Made by a program: the position numbers and the translations under genes. Positions 51,983 to 63,708 of a DNA stretch of 64,000 bases are shown piece by piece. Position 1 is the first letter of the stretch. Each line of letters begins with the position of its first letter. Below the pieces are notes generated by a model. The model was not told where the DNA came from. It made no database searches and saw only the letters and a list, made by a program, of their open reading frames with translations. Source of the stretch: Octopus bimaculoides (Eukaryota); the NCBI RefSeq assembly GCF_001194135.2, contig NC_069003.1, forward strand, positions 11,735,661 to 11,799,660, given 5' to 3'.

Positions 51983-51997
51983 GGAACCTGCTTATGA
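51983..51997 (+). CDS. TTLL7: Candidate TTLL7 terminal exon (GTCL-stop)
   Basis: Strong polypyrimidine tract with tattttcag|. Phase 0 gives GGA ACC TGC TTA TGA. AATAAA at 52143. No homology support. Confidence 0.35.
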   Translation, partial: GTCL

Positions 51998-53364
51998 ATG
52001 ATTTTTTTGGATGAATATTTTGCTTTGCCAACCCACAGTAAACTGCATAACCCTCACTTTCCTTGAAAAACATCAGACGAATGATATTATCAGTATGTTT
52101 TGGGGGTTTGTTTGTTTTTTTTTTTGTTGTTATCATCGTATTAATAAATAATGAAAAAAGTAAAAAGCTTAACATCTGTTTTGTATTTTAAGTTGTTGAA
52201 AATGTCTGAGAATTAATCACAAGACTATAATTTTTTTTTTTTTGTTTTACTTGCATTAATTATTGAACGCATCTTTGATATCTGCTTTCCAAGGAACTGT
52301 CAGTTCTACCATCTTTCCCACCTTCCTTTCCTTGCACCATAACCCCCCCCCCCAAAAAAAAGAGGAGGCCCTTCTGGTCATGAATGGCTATGGGTTTGCA
52401 CCTGAAAAGTTCCCTTCCGAGGCACAAGTCTGGGCAAGGTTGTTTATGGAAGACCAGCAGTCACCCATGCATGCATGCCAGCCTCCTGTCTCCATGTCAC
52501 TGATATAACCCAAGGGAAAGGCGAAGGCTGATACAGCTTGACACCAGGGATGCTGCTACTCATTTCTACAGCTGAGTGAACTGGAGTAATGTGAAATAAA
52601 GTGTCTTGCTCAAGAACACAACACTGCCCAGTCTGGGAATCAAACACACTACCTCATAATTGTGAGCCCAATTCTCTAACCACTGAGCCATGCACCAAGG
52701 CGCATCATAAAACTAGGTCAGGTCTTTTGGTGCTAAAAAGTGATATTTACCATCAAGGTCAAGAGGGAACTCCCAAGACCTTCCCATCTTTGATAATTGT
52801 TCTTCCTTATAATAGCTTTCCATGCTCAACTATTCATGTAATCTTTCACCATTGTTATTTCACTTTACCTTTTCCACCATGGTATCAGTCAGTATTTTAA
52901 GTACTTACTTATGACATTATGTGTATCTGTGTTCCAGACTTAATGGACAATTGTAGAGTATATGCCTCATCATTTCAGCCTTTACACATTTGTACATACC
53001 ATTCATGGCACCTGTGCCCAGCATCGCCTTCCTGGCACTTGTGCCGGATGGCACGTGTAAAGACATTCGAGCGAGATCGTTGCCAGTGCCGCCGAACTGG
53101 CTCCTGTTCAGGTGGTACGTAAAATACACCATTTTGAGCATGGCCGTTGCCAGTACCGCCTAACCGGCCTTCGTGCCGGTGGCACGTAAAAGCACCCACT
53201 ACACTCTCGGAGTGGTTGGCGTTAGGAAGGGCATCCAGCTGTAGAAACTCTGCCAGATCAGATTGGAGCCTGGTGTAGTCATCTGGTTTCACCAGTCCTC
53301 AGTCAAATCGTCCAACCCATGCTAGCATGGAAAGCGGACGTTAAACGATGATGATGATTCACCT

Positions 53365-53760
53365 CTACTTGCCAATACTTTAAGATTGCAGGCCCAGGAA
53401 TCATATCATAGAAAGAGCAAATCAGAAGCTTCATTCTGGATGGTTCTCAAGACCAGAGATGTTGCCATCCTACCTTTTCACCTAACCACAAATTCCTCCT
53501 AAACTTTCTTTGTTTGCTTTAGTGTACAAACTCCACATAGCAGCTCTTTGCCTCTTCTTTCTTTATCTGGTTGGCTACGTCAATCTTTTTCTCTTTCTCA
53601 TTCATGGCATGGCCTGGTTTAAACTCATTGTATTTAAGTCCTTCCCTATTACCCTGTGTATAGCCCACTATTTCCCCATATTCTAGGGACACCACAAACC
53701 TCTCAGTCACCTCAGAGGCTATCCACCTTCTTCCTTTCCTTATCTCTGATAGGAAAGAAG
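53365..53760 (-). mobile_element. HERO/NeSL-like RLE non-LTR retrotransposon fragment
   Basis: Reads EIVGYTQGNREGL... and WQHLWS*EPSRMKLLICSFYDMIPGPAILKYW, matching the 'LW..EP.R..fL..S.YD.LP.P.NL..W' motif. Confidence 0.65.
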
Positions 53761-55131
53761 GGATGACTTAATCAATTGATTGGTGTAGCATGAGTACCAT
53801 TTGTGTCTTGCCACAATTGTACTGCTCAACTATTGATAGGAATGGTACCGTTAACCCTTTTACATTCAGATTTCTTTGCCAAATGTAATATTTATTTATA
53901 CACATTGCTTTGAATTAATCATCCATTATCTTGTAGCTTTGATATTTCAGTGATGTGATTGTTTATTTTTAGAATGACATTGCAACATAGGTTGGAGAAG
54001 CCAGATCTAACTGGTTTCAACACAAAATAGGTAGAATATTTGGGCCGGATATGACTGGTTAAATACTAAAGGGTTAAACTATAAAGACCATTTCTGTGCA
54101 GTTCTTTCAATAATATTGAATAGTACCATTTCTGTTTATTTATTTATGCGCCCTTCTAAAGCTTAGCCAGGCTCATGGGCCCAGTTTTCCACAGCTGGAC
54201 AGGACACCAGTCCATCGCTGTGTTACTCAAGAAACAGAAAGAAAGGTTAAGAGAAAGTTGGGGTGAAAGAGTACAATAGAGTACACCCCACCCACCCCTG
54301 CCGGAGCCTCGCGGAGCTTTAGGTGTTTTCGCTTAATAAACACACATTTTGCCCCGATTTAGACTTTTTATTTTTTGAAACTTGAAGATTATCAAATTAG
54401 ATACTAGTGTAAGAAAAAAATTGATGTAGAATCCATTAGAAAAAAGAATATTGATGGTTAAACATCAATAATTATCCAGATATTTTATTAGCTACCTCAA
54501 TTACAATCGGGTCGAAGTTGGGGAAAAACTCTTTGAAAAAAAAACTGTTATCTATGTTTCAAACTCTCTCTCATCTTCAATAACTACAATAATTATACTG
54601 ACCAATTTTTACTCCTGAAGATGATGCAATGGTACAAAATGGGAATGCAAAACTTTCAATGTAATGATTGAAAATAAATAGGGAAAAAATAACAAGAAAT
54701 CAGAAATTACTCATTTTGCCCCACTTCCATATGGTAATTTCAAGTGTTNNNNNNNNNNNNNNNNNNNNNNNNNNNNNNNNNNNNNNNNNNNNNNNNNNNN
54801 NNNNNNNNNNNNNNNNNNNNNNNNNNNNNNNNNNNNNNNNNNNNNNNNNNNNNNNNNNNNNNNNNNNNNNNNNNNNNNNNNNNNNNNNNNNNNNNNNNNN
54901 NNNNNNNNNNNNNNNNNNNNNNNNNNNNNNNNNNNNNNNNNNNNNNNNNNNNNNNNNNNNNNNNNNNNNNNNNNNNNNNNNNNNNNNNNNNNNNNNNNNN
55001 NNNNNNNNNNNNNNNNNNNNNNNNNNNNNNNNNNNNNNNNNNNNNNNNNNNNNNNNNNNNNNNNNNNNNNNNNNNNNNAGGGACAATAACTTTCTTTCTA
55101 TCAATCTTTTTATCTTTATATACTTTCATAC

Positions 55132-55176
<45 letters not shown>

Positions 55177-57289
55177 TACATACATACAAACATACATTTT
55201 CAGGAGTGCTCTGTTGTTTCATTTTTCTCTGTCGTCTCTGCTTTTTAACTGAATTGGTATCTCTAAAGTGGCAAAATCTATGGTTATTTATCATAAAGGT
55301 GAATCCATTACGCTTTTAAGAAGTCACGATACCTTTGTATATTGAAAGAGCCTCTTCATGCATGATTGCTGGGAGTTGAGTGCTACATACCCTTTGTAGC
55401 AGGGGGCCAGGGCAATTTCCCCCTTTGCCCCCTATAAGTCCGGCACTGAAGGCCACTACTCTATATTCAGTACATTTTAGCCACTTCAGGCAGACAAGAG
55501 ACACCGGACAGCAGACACCAGGCTGAATACAAAGTTTTTTCCCGTAACAGTTCCAGACCCCAGCTAAGAACTCATTTGCATACAGCCAATCAGAGCTCAA
55601 CTATCAAACTAATTTATGAGTGCATAACATGTGATGGGCGATAAGATAAGGTCACTTGGGGAAGGAATGACCATGCTTCTTTTCTCTTTTATTTTAAGAA
55701 TGCTTGTTGTTCTTGTTCTTGTTTCAACCATGACTGCCTCTGCATAGTTATTTGTGTTGTTGTTTACTTTGTAAAACAGTAAGGGGAGAGGGTTGCTAGT
55801 ACATCACCCTCTACCCACACTTTTCCCATGCACATCATTACCATATGGGGCCCTAACAAAATCCAATTATATGTATAGATGCAAATCTATCTAATTACTT
55901 GTCTCCTTCTAAAATCAGGAATAACTTGGCGAACTTGGTTGACTTACAAAAACGTTCTTCGTCTTGAGTTTACTTGGTAGAGTTTGTTTGTTAACTTGAC
56001 AACAAGGTCAATGTGAGCTCTGATTAGTCGTATGCAAATGAGTTCATTACCGGGGCCCGGAACTCTCATGGGAAAAAAAAAATTTGCAGGCTGGACACAG
56101 AAGACGGAGATCAGTAGGCAGCAGCAAAACCAGCAGCTGGCTAGAGTGCTGTCAAAACACAAAAACAACGGACAGGCAGCAACTACAATACGCATCTCGA
56201 CAGTGACTCCTATTACACCTGGTTCAAGAACAATAAGTTTCAAACTATCTCTGAATTTGTCGTTCATAGTAACGAGGACTTTTTGGTTTACGATAAAAAT
56301 GTTGTTTTTTTTTAATCAAAAATATTCAACACATTTCAATGTTTTTTTATCGTAATAACCTTGTTGTAGGTAGTTAAAGTCAGCTGACTGGTTGGTGTTC
56401 CACCAGTTTTATGTCATTTTATTCCTAATGTCACACATTTCATTTGAGACTCATCAGAAAAGTCCATGCAGGTGAATGAAACCATCCTGTTAGGCATATC
56501 CCTTCATATCTCTCTCACGCTGAACTCTCAATATCCCAAGTACTATCAGAGTGCTATGCTCGTAGCTGTGCTGCAGATGTTTGAGCCGAAAGCAAGGTCT
56601 ACGACACCTGGAAAATCTCAGCCACTCCCCCTATAATAAATTTTCCAACTTTGCAGAGTCCCTTTTCCTCCTCTTCTAAATAACGATGGTTCTATAAGAA
56701 GCAGCCCCATTGAGAAATACTACATACCCTTGGCCAATGCCATCCAAATTTCCCTCCTTCCACTCGATCAGGGACTCCACCCAACACACACACACACACC
56801 AAATATGAAAAATAACTCCCATTGCTTCAAAGAAGACTATTGACATGTCAATGTCTTTTTTATTACACTCAAACATTGCGTCTCACAACTCGTTCCCATA
56901 CTCACCAAACTGGCTGTGTGGTAAGAAGTTTGCTTTCCAACCACACAGTTCTGGGTTCAGTTTCACTGTGTGATGTCTTTGGCTAGTGTCTTCTACTATA
57001 GCCTCGGGCTGACCAAAACCTTGTGGGTGGATTTGGTAGGCAGAAACTAAGAGTCTCATCGTATATGTGTCTGTCTGTATGTATGTCTATGTTTGTCTCC
57101 TCCCACTCATTGCTTGGTAACCGGTATTGGTGTATTTACGTCCCCGTAACTTAGCTGTTCAGCAAAAGAGATCAATAAACTAAGCACCAGGCTTTACAAA
57201 ATCTAATACGTACTGGGGTCGACTCGTTAGACTAAAATTCTTCAACATGGCTGCAGTCTGAAACAAATAAAAGAAAAAATTTTGTAACC

Positions 57290-57359
<70 letters not shown>

Positions 57360-58088
57360 NNNNNNNNNNNNNNNNNNNNNNNNNNNNNNNNNNNNNNNNN
57401 NNNNNNNNNNNNNNNNNNNNNNNNNNNNNNNNNNNNNNNNNNNNNNNNNNNNNNNNNNNNNNNNNNNNNNNNNNNNNNNNNNNNNNNNNNNNNNNNNNNN
57501 NNNNNNNNNNNNNNNNNNNNNNNNNNNNNNNNNNNNNNNNNNNNNNNNNNNNNNNNNNNNNNNNNNNNNNNNNNNNNNNNNNNNNNNNNNNNNNNNNNNN
57601 NNNNNNNNNNNNNNNNNNNNNNNNNNNNNNNNNNNNNNNNNNNNNNNNNNNNNNNNNNNNNNNNNNNNNNNNNNNNNNNNNNNNNNNNNNNNNNNNNNNN
57701 NNNNNNNNNNNNNNNNNNNNNNNNNNNNNNNNNNNNNNNNNNNNNNNNNNNNNNNNNNNNNNNNNNNNNNNNNNNNNNNNNNNNNNNNNNNNNNNNNNNN
57801 NNNNNNNNNNNNNNNNNNNNNNNNNNNNNNNNNNNNNNNNNNNNNNNNNNNNNNNNNNNNNNNNNNNNNNNNNNNNNNNNNNNNNNNNNNNNNNNNNNNN
57901 NNNNNNNNNNNNNNNNNNNNNNNNNNNNNNNNNNNNNNNNNNNNNNNNNNNNNNNNNNNNNNNNNNNNNNNNNNNNNNNNNNNNNNNNNNNNNNNNNNNN
58001 NNNNNNNNNNNNNNNNNNNNNNNNNNNNNNNNNNNNNNNNNNNNNNNNNNNNNNNNNNNNNNNNNNNNNNNNNNNNNNNNNNNNNNNN

Positions 58089-58121
<33 letters not shown>

Positions 58122-59551
58122 TTGTTTAAAAGAGTTCCAACACTGTCTGTTTTTTATGTTTTATTTATATTCCCGCAAAACCAATGTGGGATATAGAATA
58201 TGGAATATACAATACATAATATAAAATAAAAATGGATGGTACTATGAAATAAAGTATTGAATGTCTTATTGAATATATGGAATATGTCTTATTGAATAGA
58301 TGAAATATTGAGTGTTCAATATAAAGGATTAAATATATAAAGGCGAATATGTATTTTCTATACCTTGTGGTATTTCATATTTTCTATACCTTGTGGTATT
58401 TCATCATGGCCGGTATGACAGACTTCGGCCATGATGAAATACCACAAGGTATAGAAACCCTTTCATAAAAAGTACAACCCGAACGACAGGCATAAAATCA
58501 CTACGGCCCACAGGTGCTGTCTCGTTTTTCTGCTTTATCTATCACAACTATAATGGCTTCTGACCTCGGAGTTGTCTAGGTTCTTGCCACTACTATCCTT
58601 ATACACCCGAATATCCTCCTCTCATAACCTTTGTTATGTCCAAACTCACCAAGAACCTTCACCCAGTAACTTCCTCCACGAACATCGGCTCTCTGGTTTT
58701 CTCTTTGCCCTCATATCTTTACTGCAAGTGTTGGCTCACAACAGTGCACAACAAACATGATTATCATTAATCTTACTGATCTAGGAAACCCACTTCCTTT
58801 CCTCCGCCAAATTTTCATATGTTGTCTGGATTTATATATTTTATATATTAATAATTCTCTTTCTAAAGGTAGTGGAACTAGCAGAATCATTACCACACCG
58901 GGCAAAATGCTTAGCGGTATTTCGTCAATCTTTACTTTCTGAGTTTAAATGCCGTCAAGGTTGACTTTGTCTTTCATCCTTTCGGGGTCGATAAAATAAG
59001 TACCAGTTGAGAACTGGAGTCGATGTAATCGACTTACTCCCTCCCCCAAAATTGTTGGCCTTGTGCCAAAATTTGTAAGCAATAATTCTCTTTCTAAAAC
59101 ATTGTTTTATTAACATTAAGATAGCGGGCGTTGTCTGTACAATACGCTGGTGTCGGTTTCCAGATTTTGGGGAAAATTGTATGATTTCCGCATCAAAATA
59201 GGTTGGACAAATCCCTGCTTTCAGTGAACCTTGATATATAATTATTGGAATAGTCTGACGCTAGATACGTGTTTTGAAAAGCCTATCAATAATGACGTAA
59301 TAGTTATATCTAAATACATCATCAATGTGTGTGTCTGTGTTTGTGCGCGCGTGTATGTATGAATGTGTGTTAATATGTGTATGGTGTGTGTAATATGACG
59401 AAATAGTTAAAAGACTAACAGTAAAAATGCTGAAAAGGGTTTGTCATTTGGATCACGTGACTAACTTTATTTAAAGCCTCGTTTTGCGAAGATCATCCAC
59501 AGAACATATTCCTTAGAACAGTAATCAGGTACGTTTGGGGAACGATTTCAA

Positions 59552-62500
59552 ATGGCTTTCTCTAAAGCGACTTTAAAATATTTGATTGGAATCAACTCGG
59601 ATATTTCTAGCAATGTTTTTTATCTTGATGAACGAACTATCTTTTATACGTGTGGTTGTTATTGTGTCTTTTTTAACACCGAACAGAAAACCATGCGATT
59701 TCTCATAGCATCAGAGAAAGGAGCTGAAATAACTGCAATGGCTGTATCTCCGCGCCGTAACTATTCGGCTGTCGCTTTGAATTCCGAGAAACCGTCTGTA
59801 AACATTCTTGATTTGTTAACTAAGCGGAAAATAAGAACTTTAGTTTGTCAAGTATTGCATTGTAAGATCGTTAGTTTGTCTTTTTCATCTACTTCTCGAT
59901 ATCTTGTGGCCATATGTGACGACCCATCACGAACCTTACTTTACTGGTCATGGAAAAGATCGAAACTACTTCTCTCGACCAAAGTGACAGTTTCTGTTGC
60001 ACCGGAGATTCTTCATTGCGTTAGTTTCAACCCTCAGACACATCTCAACGTGTATGTATTTGGCAACAAGTTTCTTAAATTGTTCCGCTTCGAAGGATGC
60101 AAAAACAAACAGTTCAATTTTCCGACGATCGTACCTCAAGATTTCAAATGCTATTGCTGGGATGCGAACCAACGTCTTTTGGTGGGTACAGGCAGTGGCC
60201 GAGTGTTGTTTATCGAAGATAAAGATTTAAGACTTGACTTTAATGTATTCCAATATACGTATGTTTCCGACGAATCCGTCAAGTCGTACGGAGTAACGGC
60301 TATTACCAGTTATTCTAAAGGGTTTATTACAGCGTGTGGTAAATGTGTGCACTTTTTTGAAAGGATTGAGGCCAAGGATACTTACAAGTTTGTCAGGAGT
60401 GTTTTTCTGCCGTCAGATGGTTTGGAAAAAAGTGACCTGTGTGACCAGATTATAAAATGGATGATGGTGAATCCATCGGATGACGTTCTTGCTATTAGCA
60501 CCAATATGAAACAACTGTATTCCACAAAAATTTATCCACGGGAAACAAAACATACGAATAAAGTAATTGTGTTTGATGTTTTAGTGCATCCTTTCCATTA
60601 TAAATCTGTCACTGGATGTTGTGTCTGTTTATGGAAACCTTTCTTTGCAACCAGCTCGCTAGACGGTTCTATAAAACTATGGAACTACAAAACGTGTAGC
60701 TTAGAATTTTCTCGAGATTTTTCATCAGAAGTCTACAGCATATCTGTGCACCCAATGGGACTATTTCTTCTGGCAGGCTTCAGCGACAAATTACGTTTCA
60801 TGTATATTCGTAAGAACGACTTCAAACAGTTTAAGGAATTCGATATCCGCATGTGTACGCATTGCAACTTCAGTCGAGGTGGTCACATGTTCGCAGCGGT
60901 CAGCAATCGCGTCATACTGGTGTACTCGGCGATTAATTTCGAAAAGCTAGCTAAACTAAAAGGTCACAACGGCAAAATTCAAACTACCGTCTGGTGTGTG
61001 GATGACAATAATCTTATCTCATGCGACATGGATGGAGCAGTTTACGAATGGGAAATAAGAACCGAGAAGCGAATTTGTCAGTGTATCTTGAAATCATGCT
61101 CTCATCATGATCTTACAATAAATTTCGACAAGAAATTATACGTCGTTGATTCGGATTATTCTTTGAAAGAAATCTACAAGTCTCACGTAATACGAACATT
61201 GCTGACGGATAAGGTTCTTTTCACATCAATTGCTCTGTCATGGTCCAATACAATGCTATTTGTAGGAACTAATAATGGTCATATAAGAAGTTTGGAGTAT
61301 CCTGTAACGTTAAGTGGAAAATATCTTGATTATCCTTGTCATAGTCTCGAAACTACACACGTGATTTTTACACCTGATGATCGATATTTAATTTCAACAT
61401 CAACAGATTCTTCGATTGCAATATGGAACGTTACTGATTTTGAAGGTCGAAATTTCAAACGAGACATGAGTACCATTTGGACCGAAGAAGTTTTAATTCC
61501 GAGCGAAAAGTTGAAAGCAAAAAATTCTTCAATTTTAAATCTGAAATTGCGTGTAGAAAACCTTTCCAATGAAAACTCGTACCAATTGTATCTCAGAGAC
61601 ATAAGCTACAACGACAAAATAAAAGAGATATGCGGAAATTATATTCAAGAAAAAGAAAATTTGGAAACCAAAAATGAAATTCTAGCGAGCGATAAAGTCA
61701 GAGAAAATGCTAAGTATGACAAACAAATGGCAAAACTTGTTGATAGTCATTGCACAGAAGTAGAGTCCCTCAATCGTGCTAGTGATAGGAAGTTATTGGA
61801 TGAATGTGAAAAATTGAAGACCCTCCGTACAAGATTAACGACACTACTAGAAGAACAGGAGCAAGAAGAACAAGATATGGTAGAAAAACATGAACATCTA
61901 GAAAAACAGTTGAGAGAAGAATACAAAAAGAAATTCGAAGATTTAGAAAAAGAAATTGGTCAATACGAGGAAGAAATTTTGATAAAGCAGAAAGAACACA
62001 ATAAAGCCGAGAAACAGATAGAGAGGGATGCCGAAGTAGAATATATCAACAAAAAAACTGAATATGAGAAACAGTTATATATCGAGAGGCATGCTAATTT
62101 TGAAACGAGAGACCAAAATGACATTTTGAGGAAGAAACTCTTAGCTTTCCCCAAAGAACTAAAAGAAAGTGAAGATGAATGCCACAAACACAAAATGGAA
62201 GTAAAAAGACTAAACATTGTTAAGAATAATCTGGAGAAAGATGTACATCACTTGTTAAATGAACTAGAGATCCAATGCCAAGGGCTAAATGATGAAGAAA
62301 GACGTTTTTTTGACCTGAAGTTGACGAATCACAATATCGATGTGTCAAAATGTGAACTGGAATGTAAAAATATCACCGAATTGAAACGCCAAATCGAAGC
62401 GAGGGAGACAGCAATCGATAACTTGAAAAAGCAGGTCAGCGCCATGGAAACCGAACTGGGATACTTTACACGCCAGTTTGTCACCATGGGCCAGTCGATA

Positions 62501-62920
62501 GCAGAAACGAAAGAGAAATTAGTAGCCGCCTCACAAGAACTGGACCAAGTACGCACGATGCTGCACAAAAAAACAGCCGTGTTGAACAGCTTTTGCTCTG
62601 ATCTTTTCAATTGCATGACCTTCATACGAGAACCGCAGAAGCTGAAGAACAACATCAAATCTCTTTATAGAAATTACATCGCGAGGAATGATGACAAGAT
62701 TGTCGTTACAGATCCCGGCGTACAAATGGAATGGAGTCGGCAACGGAACCATTTCGAATACACAATACACAAAGTAAAACATCAGTTGAACAGCACCACA
62801 AAACAGGTTTCTCGAGATACTAATCGCTTGCTAACGAAATGCAATTACATAGGAGAAATATTGCAGAAAACCAGATATCAAAACTATCGTTTGCATTCGA
62901 TACTCGGGGGAGCTAAATGA
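59552..62920 (+). CDS. CFAP57: Cilia- and flagella-associated protein 57 (WDR65)-like, intronless, 1122 aa
   Basis: Single uninterrupted ORF. N-terminal WD40 region (NVFYLDERTIFYTCG; HPFHYKSVTGCCVCLWKPFFATSSLDGSIKLWNY; SRGGHMFAAVSNRVILVY; LKGHNGKI) followed by a long coiled coil ending QMEWSRQRNHFE, collinear with vertebrate CFAP57. Confidence 0.95.
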   Translation: MAFSKATLKYLIGINSDISSNVFYLDERTIFYTCGCYCVFFNTEQKTMRFLIASEKGAEITAMAVSPRRNYSAVALNSEKPSVNILDLLTKRKIRTLVCQVLHCKIVSLSFSSTSRYLVAICDDPSRTLLYWSWKRSKLLLSTKVTVSVAPEILHCVSFNPQTHLNVYVFGNKFLKLFRFEGCKNKQFNFPTIVPQDFKCYCWDANQRLLVGTGSGRVLFIEDKDLRLDFNVFQYTYVSDESVKSYGVTAITSYSKGFITACGKCVHFFERIEAKDTYKFVRSVFLPSDGLEKSDLCDQIIKWMMVNPSDDVLAISTNMKQLYSTKIYPRETKHTNKVIVFDVLVHPFHYKSVTGCCVCLWKPFFATSSLDGSIKLWNYKTCSLEFSRDFSSEVYSISVHPMGLFLLAGFSDKLRFMYIRKNDFKQFKEFDIRMCTHCNFSRGGHMFAAVSNRVILVYSAINFEKLAKLKGHNGKIQTTVWCVDDNNLISCDMDGAVYEWEIRTEKRICQCILKSCSHHDLTINFDKKLYVVDSDYSLKEIYKSHVIRTLLTDKVLFTSIALSWSNTMLFVGTNNGHIRSLEYPVTLSGKYLDYPCHSLETTHVIFTPDDRYLISTSTDSSIAIWNVTDFEGRNFKRDMSTIWTEEVLIPSEKLKAKNSSILNLKLRVENLSNENSYQLYLRDISYNDKIKEICGNYIQEKENLETKNEILASDKVRENAKYDKQMAKLVDSHCTEVESLNRASDRKLLDECEKLKTLRTRLTTLLEEQEQEEQDMVEKHEHLEKQLREEYKKKFEDLEKEIGQYEEEILIKQKEHNKAEKQIERDAEVEYINKKTEYEKQLYIERHANFETRDQNDILRKKLLAFPKELKESEDECHKHKMEVKRLNIVKNNLEKDVHHLLNELEIQCQGLNDEERRFFDLKLTNHNIDVSKCELECKNITELKRQIEARETAIDNLKKQVSAMETELGYFTRQFVTMGQSIAETKEKLVAASQELDQVRTMLHKKTAVLNSFCSDLFNCMTFIREPQKLKNNIKSLYRNYIARNDDKIVVTDPGVQMEWSRQRNHFEYTIHKVKHQLNSTTKQVSRDTNRLLTKCNYIGEILQKTRYQNYRLHSILGGAK

Positions 62921-63544
62921 AAACTATGTATTGGATCCTGTTTATTGATCATCTCACTTTAATCATTTGAATGAAACGAAACGAATCATATGTTGCAATA
63001 TATCTGTTTTGCATAGAGAAAAACTGCTGTGAAGCAACAATTTTTTTATAATATTGTTATAACTAATAAAGTTAATCTCACCGAAGTCTTTCATTTCAAT
63101 AGCTTGATGACGACCTGCCGACACTTGATCAGATTCTTCCCTGCCTCCCGTGCGCGACACCTTCACCATTAACAGTTCCAGTCCCGTTAGCGCAGTTGTG
63201 GCTGTTATTTAATTTTTACACTACTTATTTAGAGGTGGAATTTGTAAAGTCGTGCAATCACCAGTATTTTTATCGTGACACCATCATCAGGTGAGTTGGT
63301 AGCCAAGGCTCCGAGAGTCCACACCCACCCTCCTGTACACTGTTTTTAGTGCCAGTCTCATTCAATCCATTTTTTTATATCTTCGTATTTGACATTCTAA
63401 GAATTTTGGTGTTGAGGTAGCACAACACACGGAGTTTTTTTTATTGAGTCACCTTCTCCAGAGGGATTGCAGACCAAGGTTAAAGGGACCCCTGCTCCCA
63501 TGAGACAGGCTTAACTCCGCCGGACGCCAACCTGGTGACCTGAA

Positions 63545-63653
63545 GATAATTATTATTATTTATTTATTATTATTATTAATAATAATAAATAATAAAAATA
63601 AATAATAATAATGACAATACGAAGTAATAATAATAATAATAATAAATACTAAA

Positions 63654-63708
<55 letters not shown>

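Larger units (their letters stand above)
4605..58088. other. Assembly gaps (N runs): 4605-5344, 11421-11628, 13364-13395, 17047-17519, 23316-23811, 27294-27715, 29442-30037, 37723-37937, 46800-47043, 54749-55078, 57360-58088, plus a few of about 10 nt
   Basis: N runs, nearly all flanked by (TA)n or (CT)n. Confidence 1.

Noticed and set aside
53391-53501. Possible TTLL7 exon AQESYHRKSKSEASFWMVLKT..., faintly like 'YHKTKVASYWLIKL'
   Set aside because: The opposite strand is a clear HERO/NeSL-like LINE motif, and the frame stops without a donor.
4456-55319. Long ORFs of 130-350 aa in the track composed of X, YI, HT, CV, poly-L or poly-T
   Set aside because: They are translations of N-gaps and microsatellites, with no coding signal.
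56032-56355. 107-aa ORF (with an overlapping 107-aa ORF on the minus strand)
   Set aside because: No recognisable domain, overlaps an inverted-repeat arm, and no splice-compatible link to TTLL7.
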